This document shows, in pieces, positions 17,003 through 26,493 of a stretch of DNA of 64,000 nucleotides (position 1 is the first letter of the stretch; each line of letters begins with the position of its first letter). The translations under genes were made by a program, and so were the position numbers. This DNA comes from Spirochaetia bacterium (GTDB taxonomy: Bacteria; Spirochaetota; Spirochaetia; SZUA-6; Bin103): NCBI GenBank assembly GCA_965198005.1, contig CBDAOI010000004.1, forward strand, positions 1,799,257 through 1,863,256. The letters are read 5' to 3'. The notes beneath the pieces are model-generated. The model saw only the letters and a list, made by a program, of their open reading frames with translations. It was not told the DNA's origin and did not search any database.

Positions 17003-17897
17003 GTGATGACCGGGGGCGATGGGGCAGGGCGCGCGGCGGCGCTGCGGCTGGGGGAGCTGGAGCTGTGGATGGTGGAGGACGTGCGCTGGCGGCTTGACGG
17101 CGGGATGATGTTCGGGACGGTGCCGCGCGTGATCTGGAAGCGGACGGCGCCGCCGGACGCGCGCAACCGGGTGGCGATGGCGCTGCGCAATCTGCTGATT
17201 CGCGGCCGCGACCGGGAGGGCCGGCCGGCGGTGGTGCTGGTGGACGCCGGACTGGGCGAGATGGCGGCGGGCGCGCGGTTTCGCGAGCTGTACGGGGTGA
17301 CCGATCCGGCCGGGCGGCTGCTGGCGGAGCTGGCGGCGGCGGGGGTGGCGCCGGGCGACGTGACGCACGTGGTGTACACCCACCTGCACTTCGACCACGT
17401 GGCGGGCGGGGTCACAAGCGGCGACGGCGGCGGCGGACCGCGGCCGGCGTTTCCGAGGGCGCGCTACTTGGTGCACCGGGGCGAGCTGGCCTATGCCACG
17501 CGGCCCGACCGGCGCAGCCGCGCCAAGCTATCTGTCGGAGACCTGGCAGCCGCTGCTGGAAGCGGGGCGGCTCGACCCGGTGGACGGGGAGCACGAGGTG
17601 ATCCCCGGCGTGACGCTGCGCGACGCGCCGGGCCATACCGACCACCTTCAGGTAGTGACCGTGACCGGGGGCGGGCGCACCGTCCTGTTCACGGCCGACC
17701 TGTTTCCCTTCGCCAGCCACCTCAAGCCGCACTACGTACCGGCGCTCGACATCGACCCGCGCCGCACGATGGAGTCGCGCCGCCGCTACCTGGAACGGAT
17801 CACGGGCGACGGCTGGCTGCTGCTGTTCCAGCATGATCCCACGTACGCCCTGGTCCGGGTGGAACCGGACCTGACGGTGACGCCGGTGGCGGAGTAG
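17003..17897 (+). pseudogene. second MBL-fold hydrolase copy with a +1 frameshift near 17525
   Basis: Diverged copy of 12272-13180; gccaagctat versus gccagctac splits the ORF. Confidence 0.85.
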
Positions 17898-17999
17898 CGG
17901 CTGAGGTTTGATCAGGTGGACGCCGAACCGTAGAGATGGGTCAATGATGGAGAATAGCACGGCGCGCCGTAGATGGTCCGCTATCCGGGAGATCGCCCC

Positions 18000-18668
18000 T
18001 TATGCGGGGACCACTACATGTATTATATCGCGTTCACGCGGACGGATCGTGTCCGCAAACGTATCGCCGGTGGATGGCAGGTTCTCAGCATAACGCACGA
18101 ACGCTGTGTGATAGAAGTTTCTGAGAATGAAATCGACAAACCGGAACGGAGTAAGGGGAGCCGTTACAGGAATGCGACAGTTACGGTATTGACCGAGAGT
18201 CAAGTGACAGGCGGGATGGTCATGGGCAGCATTGTCGTCAACTCGTATATCGTAATCGAATCGCACTGGAAACGGGACAATATTCCTGGCAACAACATCC
18301 GCATAGAGATCGTCCGACAGGTAGATATCGGGATTATTCTGAAACTCGTCGAGATGGGGAGCGGGGAAAAAAGACAGGCGATGACGGCGAACAATTTCAG
18401 AATCAAACGCGTACATCATTTGAATCAGTGCGCCGTCGAGCATTTTGACGTTGTACGCTCGTGCAGTCGATAGTTGTTCGTAGATATCGGAATAACTGAC
18501 ATTCCTGAGCGCAATATTGACGTGGTGAGAGTTTGCAAAGGATATGTGCTTGGTATGCGCGCCTGCCGATTTAAGTACTGCGTAGTGTTGCTCGTCCGCT
18601 AGTCCTTTTTCCACGAGGTATGAAATGAGTGAATTGATCTGACTGTAAGTGTCAGTAGCAGTGGGCAT
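18000..18668 (-). CDS. DUF2290 family protein
   Basis: MLDGALIQMMY, HRLSFFPAP, RFDYD, HPACHLTLGQYRNCRIPV. Confidence 0.85.
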   Translation of the reverse strand: MPTATDTYSQINSLISYLVEKGLADEQHYAVLKSAGAHTKHISFANSHHVNIALRNVSYSDIYEQLSTARAYNVKMLDGALIQMMYAFDSEIVRRHRLSFFPAPHLDEFQNNPDIYLSDDLYADVVARNIVPFPVRFDYDIRVDDNAAHDHPACHLTLGQYRNCRIPVTAPLTPFRFVDFILRNFYHTAFVRYAENLPSTGDTFADTIRPRERDIIHVVVPA

Positions 18669-18673
18669 TGGTA

Positions 18674-20833
18674 CTAACCAGGCTGCTCGAGATGTTGTTT
18701 CAGTCTCTCGACGAGATCCTTATCCAGATCGCGCAGGCTCATTTTGCCGGATTCAAGGTCGGTAATCAAGTCAGACAGAAACTCATCTCTAAGCTGGAGT
18801 TGTTGTAGTTTCTGGTGAGACATGTCTCGGTGGACGATTCGCAGCTGCTCTCGTTGTTCTTCTGTAGGATATTTGAATCGAAGCTCAAAATTGCAATATT
18901 TCAGTGTTTCGTACTCCTCAATAAGTGCGCTCATATTGCTCCCAATACCGAGTACGCGAATCCATGCCTTACTCCTCGTTATGGCCGTGAATAGACGATT
19001 CCTGAGTGTTGCGAGATTGTACGCGGAGGCGTGACAGTCCTGGGCGTTGATGATATAGACCATCCCAGCTTCGTTGCCTTTCGCACGATGAATTCCGGTG
19101 AAGGTGACTGAGTCGTTCTCGCTCTTGTTGAAGTCATCAGGATCAGTGTCCACGCCTGCGACGTGACATTCTATCCCTTCTTCCAGCAGACGCCGGCGAA
19201 TGGGCCCAACCTGGTTGCGAGTGGACCGGGGATCGGGGTTTATGACGATAATGTCATCGTGTCGGAGTTCTTCTTTTGTGAGGTTTTCTTTGATTTGTTG
19301 CACCAACCAATCGGCCTGTTCCCGGTGACTCTCGAAGATCTTGAATTGTATCAGATCTTGCATCGGGGAATGGGTCTCCAAGAAGTGTGGACTCGTAGTC
19401 TCCGATCGAACGAGAGCTACGTCTGAGCCCGGCTGAAGTTGTCCGGAACGGCGACGATACCCGATCTCCTCCCAGAGTCGCGGATGGTCAAACATCTGCA
19501 CGAGTCCGTTGCTCTCTCGTGCTGACGGCTTTCGATAGATCCCAAAACCGAGTGCGTGGGCAGTGACCAAAACGGGGCGGGAGTTTCGGTAGCACTTCTC
19601 CAGAATAATGTCCTTCCTCATCGTGCCGTCAGACTGAGAATCAAGGCGAACCCGAGGAGAACCATCCGGGTTCTTGCCAAAAACAATCTCGGGGGCTGGA
19701 AGCGAGGACTCGGTGAGACTCTGAAGCTCATCGTACGCATAGATCAACCGTTTCGGGTCGTTAAGAGATTCATAGCAAAGCTGGAGAAATGCAGGAGAAA
19801 AATCCTGTGCTTCATCGACAAGGATTACATCATAGATTCGCTGTGGTTTACCCGCTTGGCTGACAGCATGCTTACATGCACTAGCAAATGGATTGTCTGA
19901 CCCAAACTCTGACCGTGCGCCACGGAAATCGAAATAATCAACCTCGTTGGCTGTACAGAATGCGTAATAGATGCCATCTCGGTCCGATCTTCCTGGAGCA
20001 CCCCATGCATTCACAATCCGGAGGGCTTCCCAGTCCGGTTCCTCCCCGGTCTGCTCCAGACAGAAGATGGTGATGAGCCGCCGGAAGAATCCCTTTAGAG
20101 AACGTGTGTTGAAGGTTACCGCAATGCGCCAATCAGAATGCTGAACGTGGAGATAAGCAGCCTTCAGAGCAAGAACGATGGTCTTGCCAGAACCGGCGAG
20201 GCCTCTAATTCGTTGCACCCCCTCAACGGTCTCGATAACCGCCTTGTTCTGTATTGAGTCGAGGGTTGCGATGGAATCTTCAAGGCGCTTGAGCCTTGCA
20301 CCGCGCGAGTTGTCGTGCTGGACGGTGCGACGGACGCGGCTCTTGCGTATCGTTGACGTACTTTCAATTACGGAGAGAGCGGCTCGGTAGACACTCGCGG
20401 TCACTGGTGTCTTGCACTGCGGTAGTCGGTCGAGCAGGTTATCTCCGTTCGTAAGCGGATAGGTGTCGGTACTGGTGCCATTGGGGCAGTTCACCGCAGG
20501 CGCGAAGGAGACTGGGTGGATTTGAATGCGAAGTGATCTCCGATCTACGAGCTCCGAGTGCTTCCTGAGGCGTGCTTCAAGTTGGTTGTACGACTCGTCC
20601 TGGCGTGCCTGGTAATCTCCCGGTTCGGTACCTTCAATTAGATCAAAGAGGACGATACCGGTGTCCTCTGAAATGAGTAGGGCGTCGATGGGATAGGAAC
20701 CGGTCGGCGTAACCATGATGGGATAGCCAATGAACAGTTCACCAGTCAAGTTGGGGTGCCTCGCTAGGCACTGTTCGAGGGCTGCGCTGGACGCAGGTTT
20801 GTTGGTCGTGCCGCGAACGATATCGATAGCCAC
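18674..20833 (-). CDS. superfamily I helicase (helicase-DUF2290 antiphage system)
   Basis: GLAGSGKT, VDEAQD, YRN, IHRAKGNE, LFTAITRSK. Confidence 0.9.
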   Translation of the reverse strand: MAIDIVRGTTNKPASSAALEQCLARHPNLTGELFIGYPIMVTPTGSYPIDALLISEDTGIVLFDLIEGTEPGDYQARQDESYNQLEARLRKHSELVDRRSLRIQIHPVSFAPAVNCPNGTSTDTYPLTNGDNLLDRLPQCKTPVTASVYRAALSVIESTSTIRKSRVRRTVQHDNSRGARLKRLEDSIATLDSIQNKAVIETVEGVQRIRGLAGSGKTIVLALKAAYLHVQHSDWRIAVTFNTRSLKGFFRRLITIFCLEQTGEEPDWEALRIVNAWGAPGRSDRDGIYYAFCTANEVDYFDFRGARSEFGSDNPFASACKHAVSQAGKPQRIYDVILVDEAQDFSPAFLQLCYESLNDPKRLIYAYDELQSLTESSLPAPEIVFGKNPDGSPRVRLDSQSDGTMRKDIILEKCYRNSRPVLVTAHALGFGIYRKPSARESNGLVQMFDHPRLWEEIGYRRRSGQLQPGSDVALVRSETTSPHFLETHSPMQDLIQFKIFESHREQADWLVQQIKENLTKEELRHDDIIVINPDPRSTRNQVGPIRRRLLEEGIECHVAGVDTDPDDFNKSENDSVTFTGIHRAKGNEAGMVYIINAQDCHASAYNLATLRNRLFTAITRSKAWIRVLGIGSNMSALIEEYETLKYCNFELRFKYPTEEQREQLRIVHRDMSHQKLQQLQLRDEFLSDLITDLESGKMSLRDLDKDLVERLKQHLEQPG

Positions 20834-20851
20834 GTCAACCTCTCACGAAGC

Positions 20852-20860
20852 AGCATACCA
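20852..20860 (-). promoter_or_regulatory. extended -10 TGGTATGCT for the helicase operon
   Basis: Lies upstream of the GAGAGG RBS and GTG start. Confidence 0.45.
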
Positions 20861-20929
20861 TGGACTGGGGCCGCTATGCGCGTATGGAAACGGTCGCGCC
20901 CTTGTGTGTTGAGTGAATGACGGCGGAAG

Positions 20930-22123
20930 TCAAGCGGCCTCCAGCAGCAGGGCGATGCCCATGCCGCCGCCGATGCACAGGGAAGCGATGCCGCGGCGGG
21001 CGTCGCGGCGGCGCATCTCGTGCAGCAGGGTGGCCGCGATGCGGGTGCCGCTGGCGGCGATCGGGTGGCCGAGGGCGATGGCGCCGCCGTTGACGTTGAG
21101 GCGCGCTTCGTCCCAGCCGTCGCCCAGTTCGCGGCCGACCGCCAGCACCTGCGCGGCGAACGCCTCATTGATCTCGATCAGGTCGACGTCGGACAGCGCC
21201 AGCGCCTCGGCGGCCAGCAGCTTGCGGATGGCGTAGGCGGGGCCGATGCCCATGATCCGCGGATCGACGCCGGCGCTGGCGTAGGCGCGGATGAAGCCGA
21301 GCGGCTGCAGCCCGAGCGCGGCGGCGCGGTCGGCGGCCATCACCACCGCCGCGGCGGCGCCGTCGCTGATCCCCGAGGCGTTGCCGGCGGTCACGCTGCC
21401 GTCATCCTGGAACACCGGCCGCAGCCCCTGCAGGGCGTCGGCGCTGCTGTTCGCCCGCGGCGGCTCGTCCACCCGGAACTCGAGCGCCGGTCGCTTGCGC
21501 TGCGGCACGGACACGGGCGTGATCTCCTGGGCGAACGCGTCCGCGGCCAGCGCCGCTTGGTACCGGGTCTGGCTCTGCAGCGCGAACCGGTCCTGCTCGG
21601 CGCGCGCCACCCGGTACTGGTCGGCCAGGTTCTCGGCGGTGGTGCCCATGTGACAGTCGGCGAAGCAGTCCCACAAACCGTCGCTGAGCATGCTGTCGAC
21701 CATCCGGCCGTGGCCCATGCGCGCCCCCCAGCGCCCTTGCTGGAGCAGGTACGGGGCGTTGCTCATGCTCTCCATGCCGCCGGCGACCACGCAGTCCGCG
21801 TCGCCGAGCGCGACCGCCTGCGCGGCCAGGACGATCGCCTTGAGCCCGGAGCCGCACACCTTGTTGACCGTCATCGCCGGCACGCCGTGCGGCAACCCCG
21901 CGCCCAGCGCCGCCACGCGCGCGGGATTGGGCCCGATCCCGGCCTGGTAGACGTTGCCCATGATCACTTCGTCCACGCTCTCCGGGGCGACGCCGGCCCG
22001 CTCCAGCGCCGCGCGGATCGCGATGCTCCCCAGCTCCGGCGCCGAGAAGCCCTGCAGCGACCCGCCGAACTTGCCGATCGCCGTGCGCTGGGCGCTCACC
22101 ACTGCCACTCGCCTGCCGTTCAT
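20930..22123 (-). CDS. acetyl-CoA C-acetyltransferase (thiolase)
   Basis: NKVCGSG, NEAFA, GHPIAASG, CIGGG. Confidence 0.95.
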   Translation of the reverse strand: MNGRRVAVVSAQRTAIGKFGGSLQGFSAPELGSIAIRAALERAGVAPESVDEVIMGNVYQAGIGPNPARVAALGAGLPHGVPAMTVNKVCGSGLKAIVLAAQAVALGDADCVVAGGMESMSNAPYLLQQGRWGARMGHGRMVDSMLSDGLWDCFADCHMGTTAENLADQYRVARAEQDRFALQSQTRYQAALAADAFAQEITPVSVPQRKRPALEFRVDEPPRANSSADALQGLRPVFQDDGSVTAGNASGISDGAAAAVVMAADRAAALGLQPLGFIRAYASAGVDPRIMGIGPAYAIRKLLAAEALALSDVDLIEINEAFAAQVLAVGRELGDGWDEARLNVNGGAIALGHPIAASGTRIAATLLHEMRRRDARRGIASLCIGGGMGIALLLEAA

Positions 22124-24255
22124 CGTTGCGCCTCCTCTCCCTCTCGTTCGTACCGGCTGCGCAGCACGCGCCGTACGGTCTTGTTGGACGCGGTGCGCGG
22201 CAACGCCTCCACCACCACCACGTCGTGCACCTTGAACAGCGGGTTGAGCCGCCCCCGGATCACGCTCTGAAAGCGCGCGCGCAGGTCGTCCCCGCCCAGC
22301 TCGGCGCCGGCGTACAGCGCGGCGTAGATCACCAGCAGGCTCGGCCCGCCCGCCGGCGGCCGGATCGCCACCGCCGCGGTTTCGGCCACCCCCGGCACGG
22401 TGTTGAGCAGCCGCTCGATCTCCACCGAGCTGACCTTGATGCCGCCCAGGTTCATGGTATCGTCGACCCGGCCGTGAATCCGGTAGCCGCCGTCCGGCAG
22501 CCGCTCGAGCTGGTCGCCGTGGCGGCGCAGCGGCACCGCGTCCGCCCCCGCCGCATCCCCCGTGCCCACGTCCGCCGGCGCCCCCGCGAAGTACACGGCG
22601 TGGTGGTCCTGGTTGAGCAGGGTAGTGGACAGCCCGATCGAGGGCGGCCGCAGGAACACCTCGCCGTTGTCCGCCGGCCGGCCGGCGTCGTCGAGAATCA
22701 GGAAGTCGATCCCCAGCGTCGGCGTGGTGAAGGTGCTGGGCGCGGCCGGCTGCACCATGGTGCCGGTCACGTAGCCGCCGCCGATCTCGGTGCCGCCGCA
22801 GTACTCGATGACCGGCCGGTAGCCGGCCAGCGCCATCAGGAACAGGTAGTCCTCCACGTTGGACGGCTCGCCGGTGGAGCTGAACGCGCGGATCGTGCTC
22901 CAGTCGAGCCCCGCCATGCAGCCGCTGCGCTTCCAGGCGCGCACCAGGCTGGGAACCACGCCGAGCATCGTGACCTGCGCGTCCTGGATGAACTGCCCGA
23001 ACTCGCGGCCGGTCGGCGCGCCGTCGAACAGGGCCATGGCGGCGTGGTTGACCAGTGTGGCGTAGATCAGCCACGGCCCCATCATCCACCCCAGGCTGGT
23101 GGGCCAAGCCGTGACGTCGCCGGGGCGGATGTCCTGATGCAGGTGGCCGTCGGCCGCGCACTTGATCGGCGTCGTGTGGGTCCAGGGGATCGCCTTGGGC
23201 GTGCCGGTGGTGCCGGAGGAGAACAGGATGTTGGTGGCCGCCGCGGGATCGCACGGGACCGCGCTGAAAGCGTCGTCGGCGCTCAGGAACTGCTCCCAGC
23301 GCAAGTCGCCCGGCCGCAGCTCGGGCGCGGCCTGCGCGCCGCCGGCCTCCCCGCCCGCGCCCGCCTGCCCGCCGGCCGCGGCCAGCACGATCGCGCGCGG
23401 CGCCCCGGCCGCCACCACTTTCTCGTACAGCGGCAGCGGCTTGCCGCCGCGTACCATGTGGTCCTGGGTGAAGAGCGCGCGTGCTCCGGTCATCTGCAGG
23501 CGCACCGCGATCTCCTCGGCCGCGAAGCTGTCGGCGATCGACACCAGGGCGCACCCCGCCGCCACGGTGCCGAGATAGATCGCCACCGATTCCGCGGTCA
23601 TCGGCAGGCAGGCCGCGACCGCGGCGCCCGGCTCCAGCCCGGCGGCGCGCAGCCCGTTGGCCACGCGGCCGGCGAGCGCGCGCAACTCGCCGTAGCTCAT
23701 CGACCGCAGCGGCCCGCCCTCGGCCTGATGGACGATCGCCACCGCGTCCGGCGCGGCGCCGAAACAGCTCTCCGCGACGTTGAGCCGCGCCCCCGGAAAC
23801 CAGCGCGGCGCGCGCAGGTCGGTCAGGTCCGCGACCGCCGCGGCGGGCTCCGCGAACCGGATCCCCAGCCGCTCCACCATCTGCTGCCAGAAGTCGGTGC
23901 GGTGCGCGGCCGACCAGTGGAACAGCTCGGCGAAGCTCAACATCCCCTGGTCGCGCATCAGGGCGTGCAGGTTGGTCGCGCGGCTCTGCTCCGCCGTCGG
24001 GAACCAGGCCGGCGCCGGTCCCCGCGCCGGGTCGCGCCCGGCGTACACCCGCTCGTACAGCAGCTTGTGCAGCGCGAACGGGTCGTCCGCAGTGAGCAGG
24101 GATCGGGTCAGCTCGGCCCAGCACTCCTCCGCGGCCGGCTCCGGCCGGTCCGCGGCGCCCTCCAGCAGGCGGTTCACGTCCGCCAGCAACGCGCCGGCGC
24201 GCACCCCGTCCACCCCGGTGGACAGGAGCTGCTCGCGCGTGAGGTGCCCCGGCAT
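22120..24255 (-). CDS. AMP-binding acyl-CoA synthetase
   Basis: FSSGTTGTPKA, YCGGTE, GRVDD. Confidence 0.9.
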   Translation of the reverse strand: MPGHLTREQLLSTGVDGVRAGALLADVNRLLEGAADRPEPAAEECWAELTRSLLTADDPFALHKLLYERVYAGRDPARGPAPAWFPTAEQSRATNLHALMRDQGMLSFAELFHWSAAHRTDFWQQMVERLGIRFAEPAAAVADLTDLRAPRWFPGARLNVAESCFGAAPDAVAIVHQAEGGPLRSMSYGELRALAGRVANGLRAAGLEPGAAVAACLPMTAESVAIYLGTVAAGCALVSIADSFAAEEIAVRLQMTGARALFTQDHMVRGGKPLPLYEKVVAAGAPRAIVLAAAGGQAGAGGEAGGAQAAPELRPGDLRWEQFLSADDAFSAVPCDPAAATNILFSSGTTGTPKAIPWTHTTPIKCAADGHLHQDIRPGDVTAWPTSLGWMMGPWLIYATLVNHAAMALFDGAPTGREFGQFIQDAQVTMLGVVPSLVRAWKRSGCMAGLDWSTIRAFSSTGEPSNVEDYLFLMALAGYRPVIEYCGGTEIGGGYVTGTMVQPAAPSTFTTPTLGIDFLILDDAGRPADNGEVFLRPPSIGLSTTLLNQDHHAVYFAGAPADVGTGDAAGADAVPLRRHGDQLERLPDGGYRIHGRVDDTMNLGGIKVSSVEIERLLNTVPGVAETAAVAIRPPAGGPSLLVIYAALYAGAELGGDDLRARFQSVIRGRLNPLFKVHDVVVVEALPRTASNKTVRRVLRSRYEREGEEAQR

Positions 24256-24279
24256 CGGTACCCTCGGCAGCCCGCGCCC

Positions 24280-25125
24280 CTACAGCAGCAGGCGCTGGTC
24301 GCTGAGATCCTTGCCGCCCACGCTCGTGCTGATGGTGCCGCCGCGGAATTCCTTGACCTCCAGGTCGTGGAACGCGTTGACGATCATGTACTGGGTCGGC
24401 ATGTCCTCCCAGCGCGCCGGGTGAAACTCGACCGTCCCGTCACCCTTCCACAACCCGGTCAGGCGGCTGTTGCCGCCTTCCGACGGGGTGAGACAGGCGT
24501 AGGCGGCGTCCGCCTCGCCCCAGTGGCCGGTGCGGGGGATGTACTTGTAGTGGAGCAGTCCGGTCAGCACGCCGTCGGTGCGCGGCGCCGCCGCCTGCGG
24601 ATAGTCGGCGGGCGCCACCTCGCGCATGTTGGTCAGCTTCATGTCCAGGAAGCGGAACCCCTGCCAGTGCGCCATGACGTGGGTCTCGCCCCGGCACACG
24701 GCCGGGTCCGGCATCTCGCAGTAGATCTTCGAGAACCCGATCTGTTCCCGGCCGGTCAGGATCGGCTCGGTCATGTTCTCCCACAGGACGGTCAGGAACG
24801 GTCCCTGCGCGCGGTCGCGGGTGCCGGTGTAGGTCACCGGAAAGGTCACGCCCATCACGTTGTAGCCGCGCCCGGCCAGCCACTCGATCTGCTTCATGTG
24901 GGTCTGGGACACGGTCACCACCGGCTCCCCGTGCAGCGCGAATCCCTCCGGCAGCAGCTCCTCGAGTTGCTCGGCATTGGTCAGGAAGCTGACCGAGTAG
25001 CTGGAGTTCGTGGGGTTGTCGCTGCAGGCATACCCCTTGCCGTCGGGCCCGCGCCGCGGTCCCGTCATCGGTCCGAAGTGGGTGGGCATGAGATACATCA
25101 CGCCCGGCTGAAACTTGTAAGCCAC
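24280..25125 (-). CDS. acetoacetate decarboxylase family protein
   Basis: PILTGREQIGFSK motif. Confidence 0.75.
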   Translation of the reverse strand: MAYKFQPGVMYLMPTHFGPMTGPRRGPDGKGYACSDNPTNSSYSVSFLTNAEQLEELLPEGFALHGEPVVTVSQTHMKQIEWLAGRGYNVMGVTFPVTYTGTRDRAQGPFLTVLWENMTEPILTGREQIGFSKIYCEMPDPAVCRGETHVMAHWQGFRFLDMKLTNMREVAPADYPQAAAPRTDGVLTGLLHYKYIPRTGHWGEADAAYACLTPSEGGNSRLTGLWKGDGTVEFHPARWEDMPTQYMIVNAFHDLEVKEFRGGTISTSVGGKDLSDQRLLL

Positions 25126-25221
25126 TAATAATCTCCTCTCTTGGCTTGATTTTTGTTGTCCCGGTAGCGGCGGGTCAGACGCGCCGTCGGACCCGCGCGG
25201 CGTCAGGCGTCATCGATCGTG

Positions 25222-26286
25222 TCATCGATCGTCATCAGGCGTGGCGTCCGCTTCCCCGCTCTGGTCCGCCTCGCCGCCGTCGTCATCATCGTCCTCGTCG
25301 TAGTCCTCGTCCTCGTCCTCGTCATATTCGCCGTCGTCGTCCTCGTCCAGCTCGTCGTCGTCCGCCTCGTCCTCCTGCGTGGTCAGCTCCAGGAAGATCT
25401 CCTCAAGGCTCATGGCGACGGTCTGCATCGCCAGCAGGGTCCAGCCGCGTTCGACGATGGCACTGGTGATGGCGGCCTGCGGTTCCTGGTCCGCCTCGAA
25501 CTCGACGACGTGATGCGGGGCGCGATAGTTCACGGCGTGCACGCCGGGCAGCTCCTGCAAGCGGTCGGTGACCTGCTCGGGCGGTCCCTTCACCGTCAGG
25601 CGGAGCTGCTCGCCGCCCTTTATAATGGAAGAAAGGTTCTCGATCCGGTCCTCCGCCACGATCCGACCCTCGTGGATGATGATCACCCGCTCGCAGATCA
25701 TGCTCACCTCGGGCAGGATGTGGGTGGACAGCAGGATGGTGTGCTCCTGGCCGAGATCCTTGATGAGCTGCCGGGTCTGGGCCACCTGGATCGGGTCGAT
25801 CCCGACCGTGGGCTCGTCGAGAATCAGCACGTCGGGCTCGTGGATGATCGCCTGCGCCAAGCCGACGCGCTGGCGGAACCCCTTCGACAGCTTGGACAGG
25901 AGCACGTCGCGGTACTCCTCGATGGCGCAGATCTCGATCACTTCGTCAATGCGGCGGCGCGCCGTGGCCTTGTCCAGACCGCGCAGCCGTGCCGCGAACT
26001 CAAGGTAGCTGCGGGTGTTCATGTCAGTATAGAGCGGCACGACCTCCGGCAGGTAGCCGATGTGGCGCCGCCCCTCGACCGAATGGGTGGCCATGTTGTG
26101 CTCGCCCACCCAGACGTCGCCGCGGGTCGGCATGAGCACGCCGGTGATGATGCGCATGGTGGTCGACTTCCCCGCGCCGTTGGGGCCGAGAAAGCCGACG
26201 ATCTCGCCCTGCTCGACGTTGAAGCCGATGTCGTCGACCGCCAAGCGTTCGCCGTAGTACTTGGTGAGGTTCTCAATCCGAATCAT
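25222..26286 (-). CDS. ABC-2 type transporter ATP-binding protein with acidic tail
   Basis: GPNGAGKST, LSKGFRQR, ILDEP. Confidence 0.9.
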   Translation of the reverse strand: MIRIENLTKYYGERLAVDDIGFNVEQGEIVGFLGPNGAGKSTTMRIITGVLMPTRGDVWVGEHNMATHSVEGRRHIGYLPEVVPLYTDMNTRSYLEFAARLRGLDKATARRRIDEVIEICAIEEYRDVLLSKLSKGFRQRVGLAQAIIHEPDVLILDEPTVGIDPIQVAQTRQLIKDLGQEHTILLSTHILPEVSMICERVIIIHEGRIVAEDRIENLSSIIKGGEQLRLTVKGPPEQVTDRLQELPGVHAVNYRAPHHVVEFEADQEPQAAITSAIVERGWTLLAMQTVAMSLEEIFLELTTQEDEADDDELDEDDDGEYDEDEDEDYDEDDDDDGGEADQSGEADATPDDDR

Positions 26287-26493
26287 GGTTGGCTGTGGAT
26301 CCCTCCGCGGTTGTCATGTGTAATGCCAGCCGACAGTATAGCGCGATACGGCCGCACTGTCCGCCGCAATGATCGCAATGATAACGCTAGCGGCGCCCGT
26401 GGTCGACATGAGTTTGCCTTTCCGTTATCCTGGGCCGCGACAATCCCCCATGAATCCCCCATGGCTTGAGTTCCGAGGAGATCGCATCTCACA

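Noticed and set aside
17493-17560. Programmed frameshift in the second MBL copy
   Set aside because: No slippery site; a single extra base relative to the intact copy (mutation or sequencing error)
1-21000. Integron or prophage as the source of the cassette cluster
   Set aside because: No integrase, attC-like repeats or phage structural genes seen in the window
22126-25128. Very long antisense or alternate-frame ORFs (also 38266-41037, 40644-43160, 60843-62789)
   Set aside because: Shadow ORFs of GC-rich genes with clear family motifs on the other strand
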